This document shows positions 52,019-64,000 of a stretch of DNA of 64,000 nt, piece by piece. The translations under genes and the position numbers were made by a program. The notes beneath the pieces were generated by a model. It saw only the letters and a list, made by a program, of their open reading frames with translations. It was not told the DNA's origin and ran no database searches. Source of the DNA: Scyliorhinus canicula. Its lineage: Eukaryota. Location of the stretch: assembly GCF_902713615.1 (NCBI RefSeq), contig NC_052156.1:41648776-41712775 (forward strand), in the 5' to 3' direction. Position 1 is the stretch's first letter. Each line of letters begins with the position of its first letter.

Positions 52019-52104
52019 CTCCTGAAGAAGGAGCCGTGCTCCGAAAGCTCGTGTTTGAAACAAACCTGTTGGACTTTAACCTGGTGTTGTAAGACTTCTT
52101 ACTG
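52019..52104 (+). ncRNA. Second Penelope-type hammerhead-containing insertion
   Basis: CTGAAGA-a-GGAGC-cgt-GCTCC-GAAA-GCTC-gtg; 11-bp TSD GACATAAAGAT (52008-52018 and 52105-52115) inside a CR1 FADD motif. Confidence 0.68.
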
Positions 52105-52439
52105 GACATAAAGATAGACATCATTATCAGCAGTGTAAATGGAAACATAAAGTAATAAATTGATATTAATAGATTAAGAATGGTCGTTTGGTGTACCGAA
52201 CTTGAGTATTGCTGAAAAAAGACAGGTGGAAGCTTTTCATCTTGCCCTCATCAGGATATTTGTACGAGTACCAAATGTAAAGGGAACAACAGTTTTTAGA
52301 TTTAGTAAGGGTCTTGCTGATTCCTTTATTTCCCCTTTCTTTATTTTTGCCGTTATCATTTCTGATCTGTGGATGCTTAATGGACATGTATCTGTAAGTC
52401 AATCAGAAGCGAGAAGGAGGAATTCAAGAAGTTGCAACA

Positions 52440-53291
52440 CAGTATATGATGCTGCTAGCTTTGGACAGTAGGACCCAGACATTTTGGCACCCGCGAGATG
52501 GGGTGGGACTCGGTTCAATTAGAACATTACATAGAACATTACAGCGCAGTACGGGCCCTTCGGCCCTCTATGTTGCGCCGACCCGTGAAACCATCTGAAG
52601 CCTATCTGACCTACACTATTCCATTTTCATCCATATGTCTATCCAGTGACCACTTAAATGCCCTAAAATTGATTGGCTGGTGGCCATTGAATTGCCCAAA
52701 AGGCCATATTCTGTGAGTAGCAGGCGGGGTTGATTGTGTCCTGCCTAATGGAATAATTTTCAGAGACTCCCTCTGTTCTGAAACTGGACACACAGGGGAA
52801 ATGATCTACTCTTCTCGCTCTCTCTCCAGAAAGGCTGTGGTTTTATATGCTTCTGAACCTACAGTTAACCTGAATGAATCAATCTACCATGAAACCTTAT
52901 AGGTTACAAACTCAGACCTGGATCTGAAAGCTTACTTTGAAGGAACGTCTGCTTAAAAACTACCAACTGACTCTTTTTTTTTTTCTCTTACTTATTTTTT
53001 TGCACCCATGTCCTCCCCTCTTATGTTTCTGTCTTGTGTGTGTAGAGGGTGGGGGCAAGTTGTGGAAATAGATAATAGTTAACCAGTAGCTGCATATTTC
53101 ATTATAGTTCTTGTTATACATAAAAAGTAATTGTGTTTAAATTTACAAACCTAGTGACTGTAATTATTGGGCAACCAAGGACCAAAGACTTCAGATATTT
53201 TTCTAAGAATGATTGGTTAATTCAATTGTATTCTGACTCCAGGTCAAGGGGGATTGGAATTGACTGCGCCCTAGCCCAGGGTGTCGTAACA
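52440..53291 (+). mobile_element. Probable solo LTR, with a CR1 tail inserted ~52520-52665
   Basis: Ends ..gtcgtaaca; LTR-like composition; left boundary and TSD not resolved. Confidence 0.4.
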
Positions 53292-54594
53292 ACTTTCTGA
53301 GAAGAGAGTACTGATTGGATTGGCAAGTGGACTCTGATTGGTAGAGACGTTGCCATGGAGAAAGCTTTGACGTCTCCATTCAGCCATACTCAAAATTAAG
53401 AATGGACAAAGCTATGACAAATTTGAAGTCATCCTCGTCTATGATCCAGGGGAGAGCAGAATTGGAAAGCTAGAAACAGTGGAGGTGCAAAGAGATCTAG
53501 ACCCAGGTATATAAATCATTAAAATGCAATGAACAGGTACAGGAAGTAATCAAAAAGGCTAGTAAGAATGTAAAAATAGCAACTAGTGTAAGCCAAATGG
53601 ACCTTTCAGCCTGCTTCTCTAACATCGGAATTGATCTTCACCCTCCATTCCATTCTCTTCATATCCTTCAATTCCGCTAGAGTCCAAAAACCTATCTGTT
53701 GCAGCCATGAATATATTTGACAACAGAGCATCCACAGGTGGAGAATTCCAAAATTCATAACCACCATGGTAAAACTCCCTCTCCATAATTATTTGCTATA
53801 CATGCATGTATTTTTTTGTAATAGCGGTTAGCACTGCTACCTCACAATTTTCAATTCCAACTTTGGGTGACTGCATCAAGTTTGCACATTCTTCCCGTGT
53901 CTGCATGGGTTTCTTCCGGGTGCTCTGGTTTCCTCCCACAGTCCAAATATGTGCAGGTTAGGTGGATTGGTCATGCTAAATTGTCCTTTAATGTCCAACG
54001 GTTATGTGAGGTTACTGGGTTTTGGGGATAGATGGAGGCTCATTCAGAGGTTCGGTGCAAACCTGATGGACCAAATGGCCTCCTTCTGCACTGTAGTGAT
54101 TCTGTTCTATTCTATAAATACATAAGCAAAAGATTTATGATAAACTTAAACACTGATTTGGCCTCAGCTGGACTATTGTGACCAATTCAAGGAACCACAT
54201 GTAGAGTTAACATGAGAGGCAAGGTTACATGGACAGGGCTGGGGAGTGGGCCTAGGTAGGGTGCTCTTTCAGAAGGTCGTTTTAGACTCCAGCTGAATGG
54301 CCTACTTCTGCACTGTAGGGATTCTATGATATCTGATGGTCTAGAATACGAGTTATGCTACAGCCTGAATTGACCACAGCTGGAGTGCAGTGAGTGGTTT
54401 TGAACATTAGACCTTAGAAAGGATATATTTGTCTTAGATGGAATGGATCATAGATTAACTGGAATGACACCTGCACTCCAAGGATTAAATCGCCAGGAGA
54501 GATTACACTAACTAAGGTTGTGGCCATTGGAATTTTGAAGGTTATAGGATGATGTGATCATATTAAGATATTAAGGGGAACTGATAGAGTAAAG

Positions 54595-55460
54595 CGTAGA
54601 CTACAGAAGGGAGATAAATCACTTGGTTGCATGGTGTACCGAACACAACCTCTTTCTAAATGTCGGAAAGACCAAGGAACTGATCATCGACTTCAGGAAG
54701 CATAGCACGGCTCACACTCCCGTCTGCACCAATGGCTCCAAAGTGGAGATGGCCGATAGCTTTAAGTTCCTGGGGATCACCGTCACCAACAGTCTGTCCT
54801 GGTCCACTCATGTTGATGCAACAGTAAAGAAAGCCCAACAATGTCTCTACTTCCTACGGAAGCTAAAGAAATTTGGCATGTCTGCATCGACTCTCTCAAA
54901 CCTCTACAGATATGCCATAGAGAGCATCATATCCGGCTGCATCACTGCTTGGTATGGCAGCTGCTCGGTCCAAGATTGCAAGAAACTGCAGACTGTGGTG
55001 AACTCAGCCCAACGCATCACACGAGCTTGCCACCCCACATTGATTCTGTATACACCTCCTGCTGCCTCAGGAAGGCAGACAGCATTATCGGAGACCCCTC
55101 CCACCCAGGCACTACCTTCTTCCAGACCTTTCCATCAGGCAGAAGGTACAGAAGTCTGAAGACCTGCACATCCAGACAGGAATAGTTTCTAGCCCACAGC
55201 TACAAGACTTCTCAACGACTCCCTCTCTGACTGATCTGTTACCTGTAAGAACACTATACACAACGCCCTATGCTGCTCTTGCTCATGTATTTGCTTTGTT
55301 TGGCCCCTAGTTCTGCATTGTAACCAATCACTGTCGATGTACCATTTGTCCATGTACTTTGTTGATTATTCTTTTTTGGCTACTATGTACGTACTGTGTA
55401 TGTTCCCTTGGCTGCAGAAAAATACTTTTCACTGTACTTTGGTACATGTGCCAAAATCGA
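54595..55460 (+). mobile_element. Rex1/Babar-like LINE 3' fragment
   Basis: WCTEHNLFLNVGKTKELIIDFRK, FKFLGIT, IESIISGCITAWYG. Confidence 0.87.
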
Positions 55461-55848
55461 AATAAATTGAGTAAGTATAGATAAATTACATTAGTTGGTT
55501 ACCCAGCATTGGGAGCATAGGCTAAAAGTTAGAGCCAGACCTTTCAGGCGCAAAGTTATGGAAAATCTTTACATGCGAAACATGGTGAAAGTTTGGATCT
55601 ATCTTTTGAAAACGTCAATTGATTCTAAATTGGTTATTACTTTTCAATCTAGGGTTAATACATTTGGTTGTGTTAACCAAAAATATTGAGGGATGTGGAA
55701 CACATCGTTGGTGTGAGTTGCCAATCACCACAATCCCGTTGAATAGCATAACAGGCTCGAACGGCTAAATGAGCTATTTCTGCTGGTATTTGAGCAATTC
55801 AGTGTTTACTGTACATTATTGATCTGAAACACTGCTATTTTTATTTAG

Positions 55849-55927
55849 GTTTGTGTACTTCAGTCCCTCAAAGATTCATCAAAGAAGTTGTGTGTTGGTA
55901 ATACTCATCTTTACTGGCACCCCAAAG
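55849..55927 (+). CDS. PDE12: PDE12 exon 2
   Basis: ttag|VCVLQSLKDSSKKLCVGNTHLYWHPK G|gtaaat; 79 bp; frame is consistent with exons 1 and 3. Confidence 0.96.
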
Positions 55928-56002
55928 GTAAATGTTATATATATACCGTATATAAAATTATCTGGTGTTTCCTTTATTTTCCCCCCTCCCATTTTTAGAT
56001 AT

Positions 56003-56520
56003 ATTAAAAAAAATTTTTTTAGAGTACCCAATTAATTATTTCCAATTAAGGGGCAATTTAGCGTGGCCATTCCACCTACTCTGCACATCTTTAGGTTGTG
56101 GGGGCGAAACCCATGCAAACATGGGGAGAATATGCAAACTCCACACAGACTGTGACTCCGAGCCGGGATCGAACCTGGGACCTCGGCACCGTGAGGCAGC
56201 AGGGCTAACCCACTGTGCCACCGTGCTGCCCAGGCTGCGATACATTTCTACATAAGCATCATATTGATCAAAGGTCTACAATCACCTGGAAGCCAGTGCA
56301 ATTGGAAGGAAACCTGCTACAATCATGGGGAGATATATTTCAATGCCATTGAACTATAAATCATAATATGCAGAAATAATACAGCTGAAAAGAAAAAGGC
56401 AGTGGAGTTGCATTGGTTAAAGAGGAAATTAACACAAAGCGAGGAAGGATATTAGCTCCGACAATGTCACCTCGGTGTCGTGAGGCAGCAGTGCTAACCA
56501 CTACGCCACCATGCTGCCCC
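56003..56520 (-). mobile_element. HE1-type SINE carrying an internal templated insertion
   Basis: TSD TTTTTAGATAT at 55992-56002 and 56522-56532; internal 56233-56467 matches 60608-60842. Confidence 0.85.
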
Positions 56521-57499
56521 GTTTTTAGATATGCATGTAGAATCTGTTTGGCATGAACTTCCCCATTAAAAATGGTTAATTTGACTCTAATCATGAGGCT
56601 GACTTGCTGTTCGATGATGGATTGTGTTGTAGTTGAAGATCTAAAACTTGTTTGAAATCTAAAATAACTACATTTTCATCAGTGTTATCGTTTGATTTGT
56701 TTATTTTCTGATACCAGAATAGCACAAACAAAAAATGCACTTGGGCCTATATGTTTCTTGTGTGTGTTGCAATCACAGGAGACGTCACTAACTTTTAAAA
56801 ATAAATTTGAAACCCCAGTTATTAACTGAAAGAATTATGCCACAAGATTTCACATTTTAAATAAAAACTTCAAAAGGGTTAAATGAAGCAAATAATACTA
56901 ACTTAACACTAGATTTCTTAAACATACTTTACAAACCAAAACTGAACAGAATACTCTTGTTTTACTTTTATTTCCACCCAAGAGTTCCACTATACTTTAC
57001 TTGATCTTGAGGACTCTTTCACTTTTCCTGGGACTAAACCAGACTGTGCCACAGCTCTCAGAAATTCACTTTAATTCTTCTCCATTACTCTGAGGTATGA
57101 GATTTCTTGGGGTCCTTCAATATGCATTTGGCTAGGTAAACCCCCCAACTCTACTTTGTACCTCCCTAGCTGAAGCATGAGCCTCACTGCGTTACTGCTT
57201 CATGACTTCATCAGAAACAACTCTGGGCTTCTGATCACCTTCTGCTCCTGGCCCACAGTTCATAGCAGATTCTCTCTCTACATTTGTTCAACTGCTCCAG
57301 CCCCAGACATCAACTAATGGTTTCTGTGAGAAGTCACCCAAATAAAACCCCAAAACGAAGAAATAAAATCCCCCTGCAATCTCTCCATGGCAATGTGACA
57401 CATGGGATGTCATAGATAGAGATTTAAACCAATGATCTCCAATTCCCAAACCTTCCCTTTGTTCTGGGAAGCCAAATTAATGAATTTCAATATTCTGTC

Positions 57500-58270
57500 A
57501 ATTTCCCCATCTCCATTGTATCTTTCTGAGGATGCAACCTTCTTCTTTTTCCTCAACTGACGATTTCACCCCACTATGGTTGACAGGGTCCTCAACTGTG
57601 TCTGACCCATTTCCGCACTCGTCCCTTCCCTTTGTGGAACTGATACGGTTCCACTCATATCCACTTTCCGCTCCTTCAACCTCCACAGCATGATGCCACC
57701 ACCAAACACATCTTCTTCCTTTGAACATTCCGAAGGGACAGTCCCCTCCGCACCATCCTGGTCCACTCCCAAATCATCCCCAACACCATGTCCCCTTCCC
57801 ATGCAATCGCAGGGGATGTAATGCTTGCCCTCTCCTCAACGTCAAAAGACCCAACATCCTTTCCAGGTGAAATAATAACAAAGACGAAGAACAAAGACAA
57901 TACAGCACTTGAATAGGCCCTTCAGCCCTCCAAGCCTGTACCGGTCATGATACCAACCTTTGCCAAAACCCTCAGAAAGAACAAAGAACAATATAGCATA
58001 TGACTTTTACTTATTTCAATTTAATATACCGTATTTGTTGCTCACAACATGGTCTCCTCTACATTGAAGAGAATAATCTACTCAGTCCACAAGCATCATC
58101 TTAAACTTCCAGTTGCTTGCCAGTTGAGATCACTCCCATGCTCTTGTGCTCATGTTCCTGTCCTCTACCTGCTACAATGTTCCTTTGAACTTTACGCAAG
58201 CTCGAGGAACAGCACCTTATTTTCCAAATAGGCACTTTACAGTCTTCTGGACTCAACATTCAGACCATGA
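57500..58270 (+). mobile_element. Decayed Penelope-like fragment
   Basis: Homologous in layout to 29600-30440 (LIYRICCSQHGLLYI); decayed hammerhead-like end at ~59294-59330. Confidence 0.6.
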
Positions 58271-59475
58271 ACTCTGTCTCCCATTTTGATTTTTTTTTTG
58301 CCATGTGCTAATTTGAAACTTGTTTTTCATGTTTGTGCTTTTGGACAGACCGATTCATTATTCTGACACTCGTTCTGGATTAATGCATTGTTTCTACTAC
58401 AACCATTATCACTCCCTTTGCCTTTTGTTCCATGACACTTTGTTATTTAATCTCTCCCATCCTCAACCCTATTCAACCTTTCCTTTTGTTATTCTCTGCC
58501 CCTGTGTGCCTGAACTGCAGTGTGTCTTTATACAATGGGCAAATGACCACAAGTTGTTTTGTACAATAATATACTTTCATTTACTATCACACAATTGTTA
58601 CTGTTAATCAATCACACACACATGCAAGTTGAACTCTAAGCTAATACACACAAGGCTTTAACTGAACTTCAAGTGACTAGCAAGTACTAGGCAGATATGG
58701 CCTTATTTGGAGTCCGCAGTCTGGCAGTGTAGGAAGTCTGTTGCTGGTTGTTATTCTCTTTAGCTCTGGTCCTTCCATCGATGGCGTGGATGGTCTTCCT
58801 CTTCGGCCGGTGAAGGGTCACCGTTGGTTGCTGTCGAGAGAGAGAGTGGTGGGCTGCGCAGCACCTTTTATCCCCAGGAGTTTTTGCATCCTTTTGGGTG
58901 TTGAAGGCCCAATCAATCTATTAGGGCTTGATCACCTGATGGATAAGGTCCAATTAAGATCCACCGCCTTGATGGCAGGGCGTGCCCCTACTGCCCATGT
59001 CCGTTGGTGTCCGAGGAACGTAGGCCTTCGCAAATAAGGAAAACAGACGCCACTAAGTCAGCTATTTTATGCCGATTTCCATTTAAGCCCGTTGTCCCAG
59101 GATGGCTTCTTAATGGCCTTTTTTCTGGGCTGTTAGCAAAAGCCTGGGCTGCAGCTTTTTGTTTATTTGCAATCGACAGCCTGTCTGTACCTAAACTTGG
59201 CCACTTTCCCCAGCGTCCTTTGCCGCATGCCATTTCAGGTGGCCACACCCCCTTGCAACGCATATCTACATCACATTTCTACCCTCAATCAGTTCTGAAA
59301 ATGTCATCTTTGACTTGAAACGTTAGTTTTGTTTCTCCACAGATGCAGTTGAGTATTTCCAGCACTTCCTGTTTTTACGCCAGTCCCAATCTGTTGGATG
59401 TGATTTCAGATCAGTTTTGCCGAAACCTATATTAATTTATATTGCAACGCTAAATAGATTGATTTTTTTTTTCAG

Positions 59476-59918
59476 GAGGACACATTCGCCTTGTTCAGAT
59501 AGCAATTGCTTTTCGTCACCTTCAGCGAGTTACAGCAGAGATGTATCCTGCTACACCACTCATTTTTTGTGGTGACTTCAACAGCACCCCAAACTCAGGC
59601 TTGTATGAGTTTGTGACCAAGGGACACATATCTGCTGATCACCCTGACTGGACGTCAAATGGTGAGGAGGAACGATGCAACATGTCCCTTTCCCAGTTAT
59701 TTAAACTAAAAAGTGCTTGTGGAGAACCTGACTACACAAATTATGTAGGCGGCTTCCAAGGTTGCCTGGACTACATTTTCATGGATATGAACACGTTTGA
59801 AGTTTTTCAGGTTATTCCTTTTCCAAGTCATGAAGAAGTCACCTGCCATTTGGCTCTGCCAAGTGTTTCCCACCCATCAGATCATATTGCACTTATCTGT
59901 GATTTGAAATGGAAATAA
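59476..59918 (+). CDS. PDE12: PDE12 exon 3
   Basis: ttcag|GHIRLVQ..CGDFNS..YTNYVGGF.GCLDYIF..PSDHIALICDLKWK*; total CDS 1725 nt = 574 aa. Confidence 0.97.
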
Positions 59919-60381
59919 ATGATGATGACTTGTGGGTCTGCTGCTACTTTAAATGCAAATAAGGATGGTTCTTTTATGAGCTTGCAAACACTCAAACTTG
60001 CAGAACTTTGCCAGTATCTGTAAAGAGGATAATGGTAATATTTTGGATATTGATCTTTGTTCACAACTGATACTGATAAACCTGTCATTTCTATATTTTT
60101 TGTGTTTAATTTCTGAGTTTATTTTTACTAAAACCAATTGACTGGATGACAGTGAAAAATTGGCTAGATTAAATATTAGTGTAAAAAGCAAAACTGGAAT
60201 GTGACAATTGGACCTGCTAGGATTTGTAAAGAAATGTTGCAGAAAGGTTCACATTTTATTGCACTGTAACAGAAGTAAAATATTACTAGCATGAAATTGA
60301 AGGCCGTGTGTTTAAATGAAAAATCTCTAGAATTTTTCACGATGACCCAGAGATTCACCAATTTGGCTGCGATACATTTCT

Positions 60382-60607
60382 TTTTTAAAAATAAATTTAA
60401 TATACCCAATTTTTTTCCAATTAAGGGGCAATTTAGTGTGTTCAATCCACCTACCTTGCACATCTTTAGGTTGTGGGGGCGAAACCCACGCAAACACGGG
60501 GAGAATATGCAAACTCCACACAGACAGCGGCCCAGAGCCGGGATCGAACCTGGGACCTCGGCACCGTGAGGCAGCAGGGCTAACCCACTGTGCCACTGTG
60601 CTGCCCA
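60382..60607 (-). mobile_element. HE1-type SINE downstream of the PDE12 stop
   Basis: 17-bp TSD GGCTGCGATACATTTCT at 60365-60381 and 60608-60624. Confidence 0.92.
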
Positions 60608-60769
60608 GGCTGCGATACATTTCTACATAAGCATCATATTGATCAAAGGTCTACAATCACCTGGAAGCCAGTGCAATTGGAAGGAAACCTGGTACAATCA
60701 TGGGGAGATATATTTCAATGCCATTGAACTATAAATCATAATATGCAGAAATAATACAGCTGAAAAGAA

Positions 60770-63700
60770 AAAGGCAGTGGAGTTGCATTGGTTAAAGAGG
60801 AAATTAACACAAAGCGAGGAAGGATATTAGCTCCGACAATGTGAAATTTGTATGGGTGGAGCTGAGAAACACCAAGGAGCAAAAATGTTAGTGGGGGTTG
60901 TATGTAGACCACAAATTGGTGGTGATGTTGCGAATGGCATTAAACAGGAAATTAGAAACATATGCGATAAAGGAATATCTGTAATTGTGAGCGATTTTAA
61001 TCTGCATATAGATTGGGCAAATCAAGTAGGTAAGAAGTACCGTAGAGGAGGAATTCCGGGTGTGTGTTTGGGATGGTTTTCTGGACTAATACATTGAGGA
61101 ACCAACTAGAGAACAGGCCATCCTGAACTGGGTATTGTGTAATGAGAAAGGAATAATTGGCAATGTAGTTGAGGTTGACTAACCATAATATGATAGAATT
61201 CTTCATCAAGGTGGAGAGTGACATAATTGATTCTGAAACTAGGGTCCTAAATGTAAATAAAGGAAACTACAATGGTTATGAGACACAAGTTGGTTATGAT
61301 GGATTGGGGAACGCTACTTAAAGAAATGGTGGTGGATAGGCAATGGCAAACGTTCAAAGAACACACGGGTGAACTGCAACAATTGTTCATTCCTGCATGG
61401 CGCAAAAATAAAACAGGAAAAGTGGCCAAATCATGGCTTACAAGGGAAATAGAAATAATGTTAAAGCCAAGGAAGGGACATACAAATTGGCCAAGACAGC
61501 AGCAGACTGGATTGGGAGCAGTGTAGAATTCAGCAAAGGAGAACAAAGGGATTGATTAAGATGGGGGGGAATAGTGACCGAGTAAGCTTGTGGGGGAAAT
61601 AAAATGACTGAAAAACATCTAGGTATATTAAGAGACAAAGATTGGTGAAGACAAATGTAGATTTTTCCAATTACCCTGCACATCTCCACGCAGACAAGGG
61701 GAGAACGTGTAAACTCCACACAGACAGTGACCCAGAGCTAGGACTGAACCTAGGTCCTCGGCCCTGTGAGGTAGCAGTGCTAAACCCAGCACCACCATGG
61801 AGCATATAATGAGAAGGAGGAACTGAAGGAAATCAGGATTGGTAGGGAAACGGTGTTGGGGAAATTTATCAGATTGAAGGCTGATAAATCCCCAGGGCCT
61901 GATAATCTATATCCCAGAATACCTAAGGAAGTGGCCCAAGAAATAGTGGATGCATTGGTGGTTATCTTCCAAGATTTTATAGACTCTGGAACAGTTCCTA
62001 CAGATTGAAGGGTAGCTAATGTAACCACTATTTAAAAAGGGAGGTTGAGAGAAACCAGAGAGTTATAGAGCAGTCAACAGCAGTGGGGGAAATGCTAGAT
62101 TCCATTATTAAGGAATTAATAGCAGAAAACTTGGAAGACAGTGGCAGGATCGTACTGAGTCGGCATAGATTTACGCAAGGGAAATCATGCTTGATCGATG
62201 TACTGGAATTCTTCAAGGATGTAACTAGTAGAGTTGATTAGGGCGACCCAGTGGATGTGGTTTATTTGGACTTTCAGAAGGCTTTCAACAAGATCCCACA
62301 TAAGGGATTAGCATGTCAAATTAAAGCACATAGGAATGGAGGTAGTGTATTGTAGTGGGTAGAAAACTGGTTGGCAGAAGGGAAACAAAAAGTAGGAATA
62401 AACGGGTCTTTTTAAAAAACGTGTCATGGCTCTTGGGATTAAAAGGATCAAAGAATATGGGGGCAAAGAGGGAACACGTTACTGAGTTGGATGATCAGCC
62501 GTGATCATCATGAATGACTGCAAGTTTGAAGGGCCGAATGGTCTATTTTCTATGTTAGGTATCTGAATATAGATTTGTGCACTTTTGTGAAACCTGCAAA
62601 ATGTAGATGCCAAATACAGAAAATAAAAAGTGTTCATTACTGCAAATACATTGATTTTTAAAATGTACACCATAAGGTAAATAGACAGCACCAACCTCCT
62701 TTGTAGACGGCAGTGAGTAGTGGAGTACCGCAGGGATCAGTGGAAGGACCCCAGCTATTTGCAATGTGTATTAATGATTTAGATGAGGGAACTAAATGTA
62801 ATATCTTTACATTTGCAGATGTGACACAAAGCTGGGTCAGAAGGTGAGCTGTGAGGCTGCAGAGATGCTTCAGTATGAAGTTGAGTGAGTGGGAAATTGC
62901 ATTCGATGAAATATATTGTGGATAAATGAGGTTATCTACTTTGGTAGCAAAAACAGGAAGGCAAATTATTAATTGAATGGTTATCAATTGAAAGAAGGGG
63001 ATGTGCAACGAGACCTGGGCATCCTTGTACATACATTAATAGAACATACGTTGCAGAAGGAGGCCATTCAGCCCATCGAGTCTGCACCGACCCACTTAAA
63101 CCCTCACTTCCACCCTATCACCGTAACCCAGCAACCCCTCCTAACCTTTTTGGTCATGAAGGGCAATTTAACATAGCCAATTCACCTAACCTGCTACTCG
63201 CTGAAAGTCAGCATGCAGGTGCAGCAGGCGGTGAAAAAGATGTTATGAAGGGTGAGATAGCTGGGATGTTTGCAGTTTTGGTTTCCTTATCTGAGAAAGG
63301 ATGTTCTTGCTATGGAGGGGTGCAGCAAAGATTTACCAGACTGATTCCTGTGATGGTGGGACTTACATATGAGGAGAGAATGAGTTGGTTAGGATTATCT
63401 TCGCTGAGGGCAGCATGGTGGCACAAGTGGGTAGCACGGTTGCCTCACGGCGCTGAGGTCCCAGCTTCAATCCCGGTTCTGGGTCACTGTCCGTGTGGAG
63501 TTTGCACATTCTCCCCGTGTTTGCGTGGCTTTCGCCCCCACAACCCAAAAAGATGTGTAGGGTAGGCGGATTGGTCACGCTAAATTGAGCCTTAATTGGA
63601 AAAAATTTATTGGATGCTCTAAATTTATATGAAAAAAAGGATTATCTTCGCTGGAGTTTAGAAGAATGAGGAGTGATCTCATAGAAACGTATAAAACTCT

Positions 63701-63800
63701 TAACAGAACCAGATAGGGTAGATGCAGAAGGATGTTCCTGATGGTGGGGGAGTCCTGAACCAAGGGGTCACAGTCTGAGGATACGAGGTTGACCATTTAG
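60770..63800 (+). mobile_element. Fragmented CR1 LINE (EN to RT) with several nested SINEs
   Basis: VGVVCRP, SDFNLHIDW, KSPGPD, VYLDFQKAF, SGVPQGSV.GP, QRDLGILV, QQRFTRLIP. Confidence 0.85.
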
Positions 63801-64000
63801 AGTCATAGAATAGAATCCCTACAGTGCAGAAGAAGGTCATTTGGCCCATTGAGGCTGCAACAACTTTCTGAAAGGGCACCTTACCTGGGCCCACCCCCCT
63901 GCCCTATTCCTGTAACCCCACCTAAACTGCACATCATTGGACATTAAGTGGCAATTTAGCACAGCCAATTTACCTAACCTCATATGCTGCAGGAAAGCAT

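Noticed and set aside
58500-59270. Possible solo LTRs at ~58500-59270, ~56760-57500 and ~33090-33335; possible Harbinger MITE at ~48425-49075
   Set aside because: Suggestive termini only; boundaries and TSDs could not be established by eye.
59914-59919. AATAAA overlapping the PDE12 stop codon as the poly(A) signal
   Set aside because: Arises from Lys-stop coding; no independent evidence it is used.

Overview
This is eukaryotic, transposon-dense genomic DNA from an elasmobranch, probably a catshark-type shark; the call rests on abundant HE1-type SINEs plus CR1/HER1, L2, Rex1 and GC-rich L1 LINEs. There are two complete intron-containing host genes in head-to-head orientation. RPS23 is on the minus strand (4 exons, CDS 38091->31009, 143 aa, TCT/TOP start). 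PDE12 is on the plus strand (3 exons, CDS 49813-59918, 574 aa). A CpG-rich promoter and first exon with an RFX X-box at ~9.44-9.57 kb likely belong to a third, minus-strand ciliary gene (DNAH12 by synteny; inference only). The remainder is mostly mobile DNA: a pol-less 3.3-kb LTR element, a truncated retrovirus-like provirus with a gag-UGA-CGG-pro read-through junction, a decayed PIF/Harbinger transposon, a full-length L1, a near-complete Ty3/Gypsy element, and Penelope remnants. Best leads: (i) the Gypsy element has no tRNA PBS but a 13-nt leader complementary to its own LTR poly(A)-signal region, suggesting self-priming and/or poly(A) occlusion; (ii) two minimal Penelope-type hammerhead ribozymes lie on the sense strand of PDE12 intron 1; (iii) the retrovirus-like read-through element has a tRNA-Arg PBS; (iv) a SINE-homology-initiated templated copy of PDE12 downstream DNA sits in intron 2. 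All family assignments are from motif recognition and recall; no searches were run.
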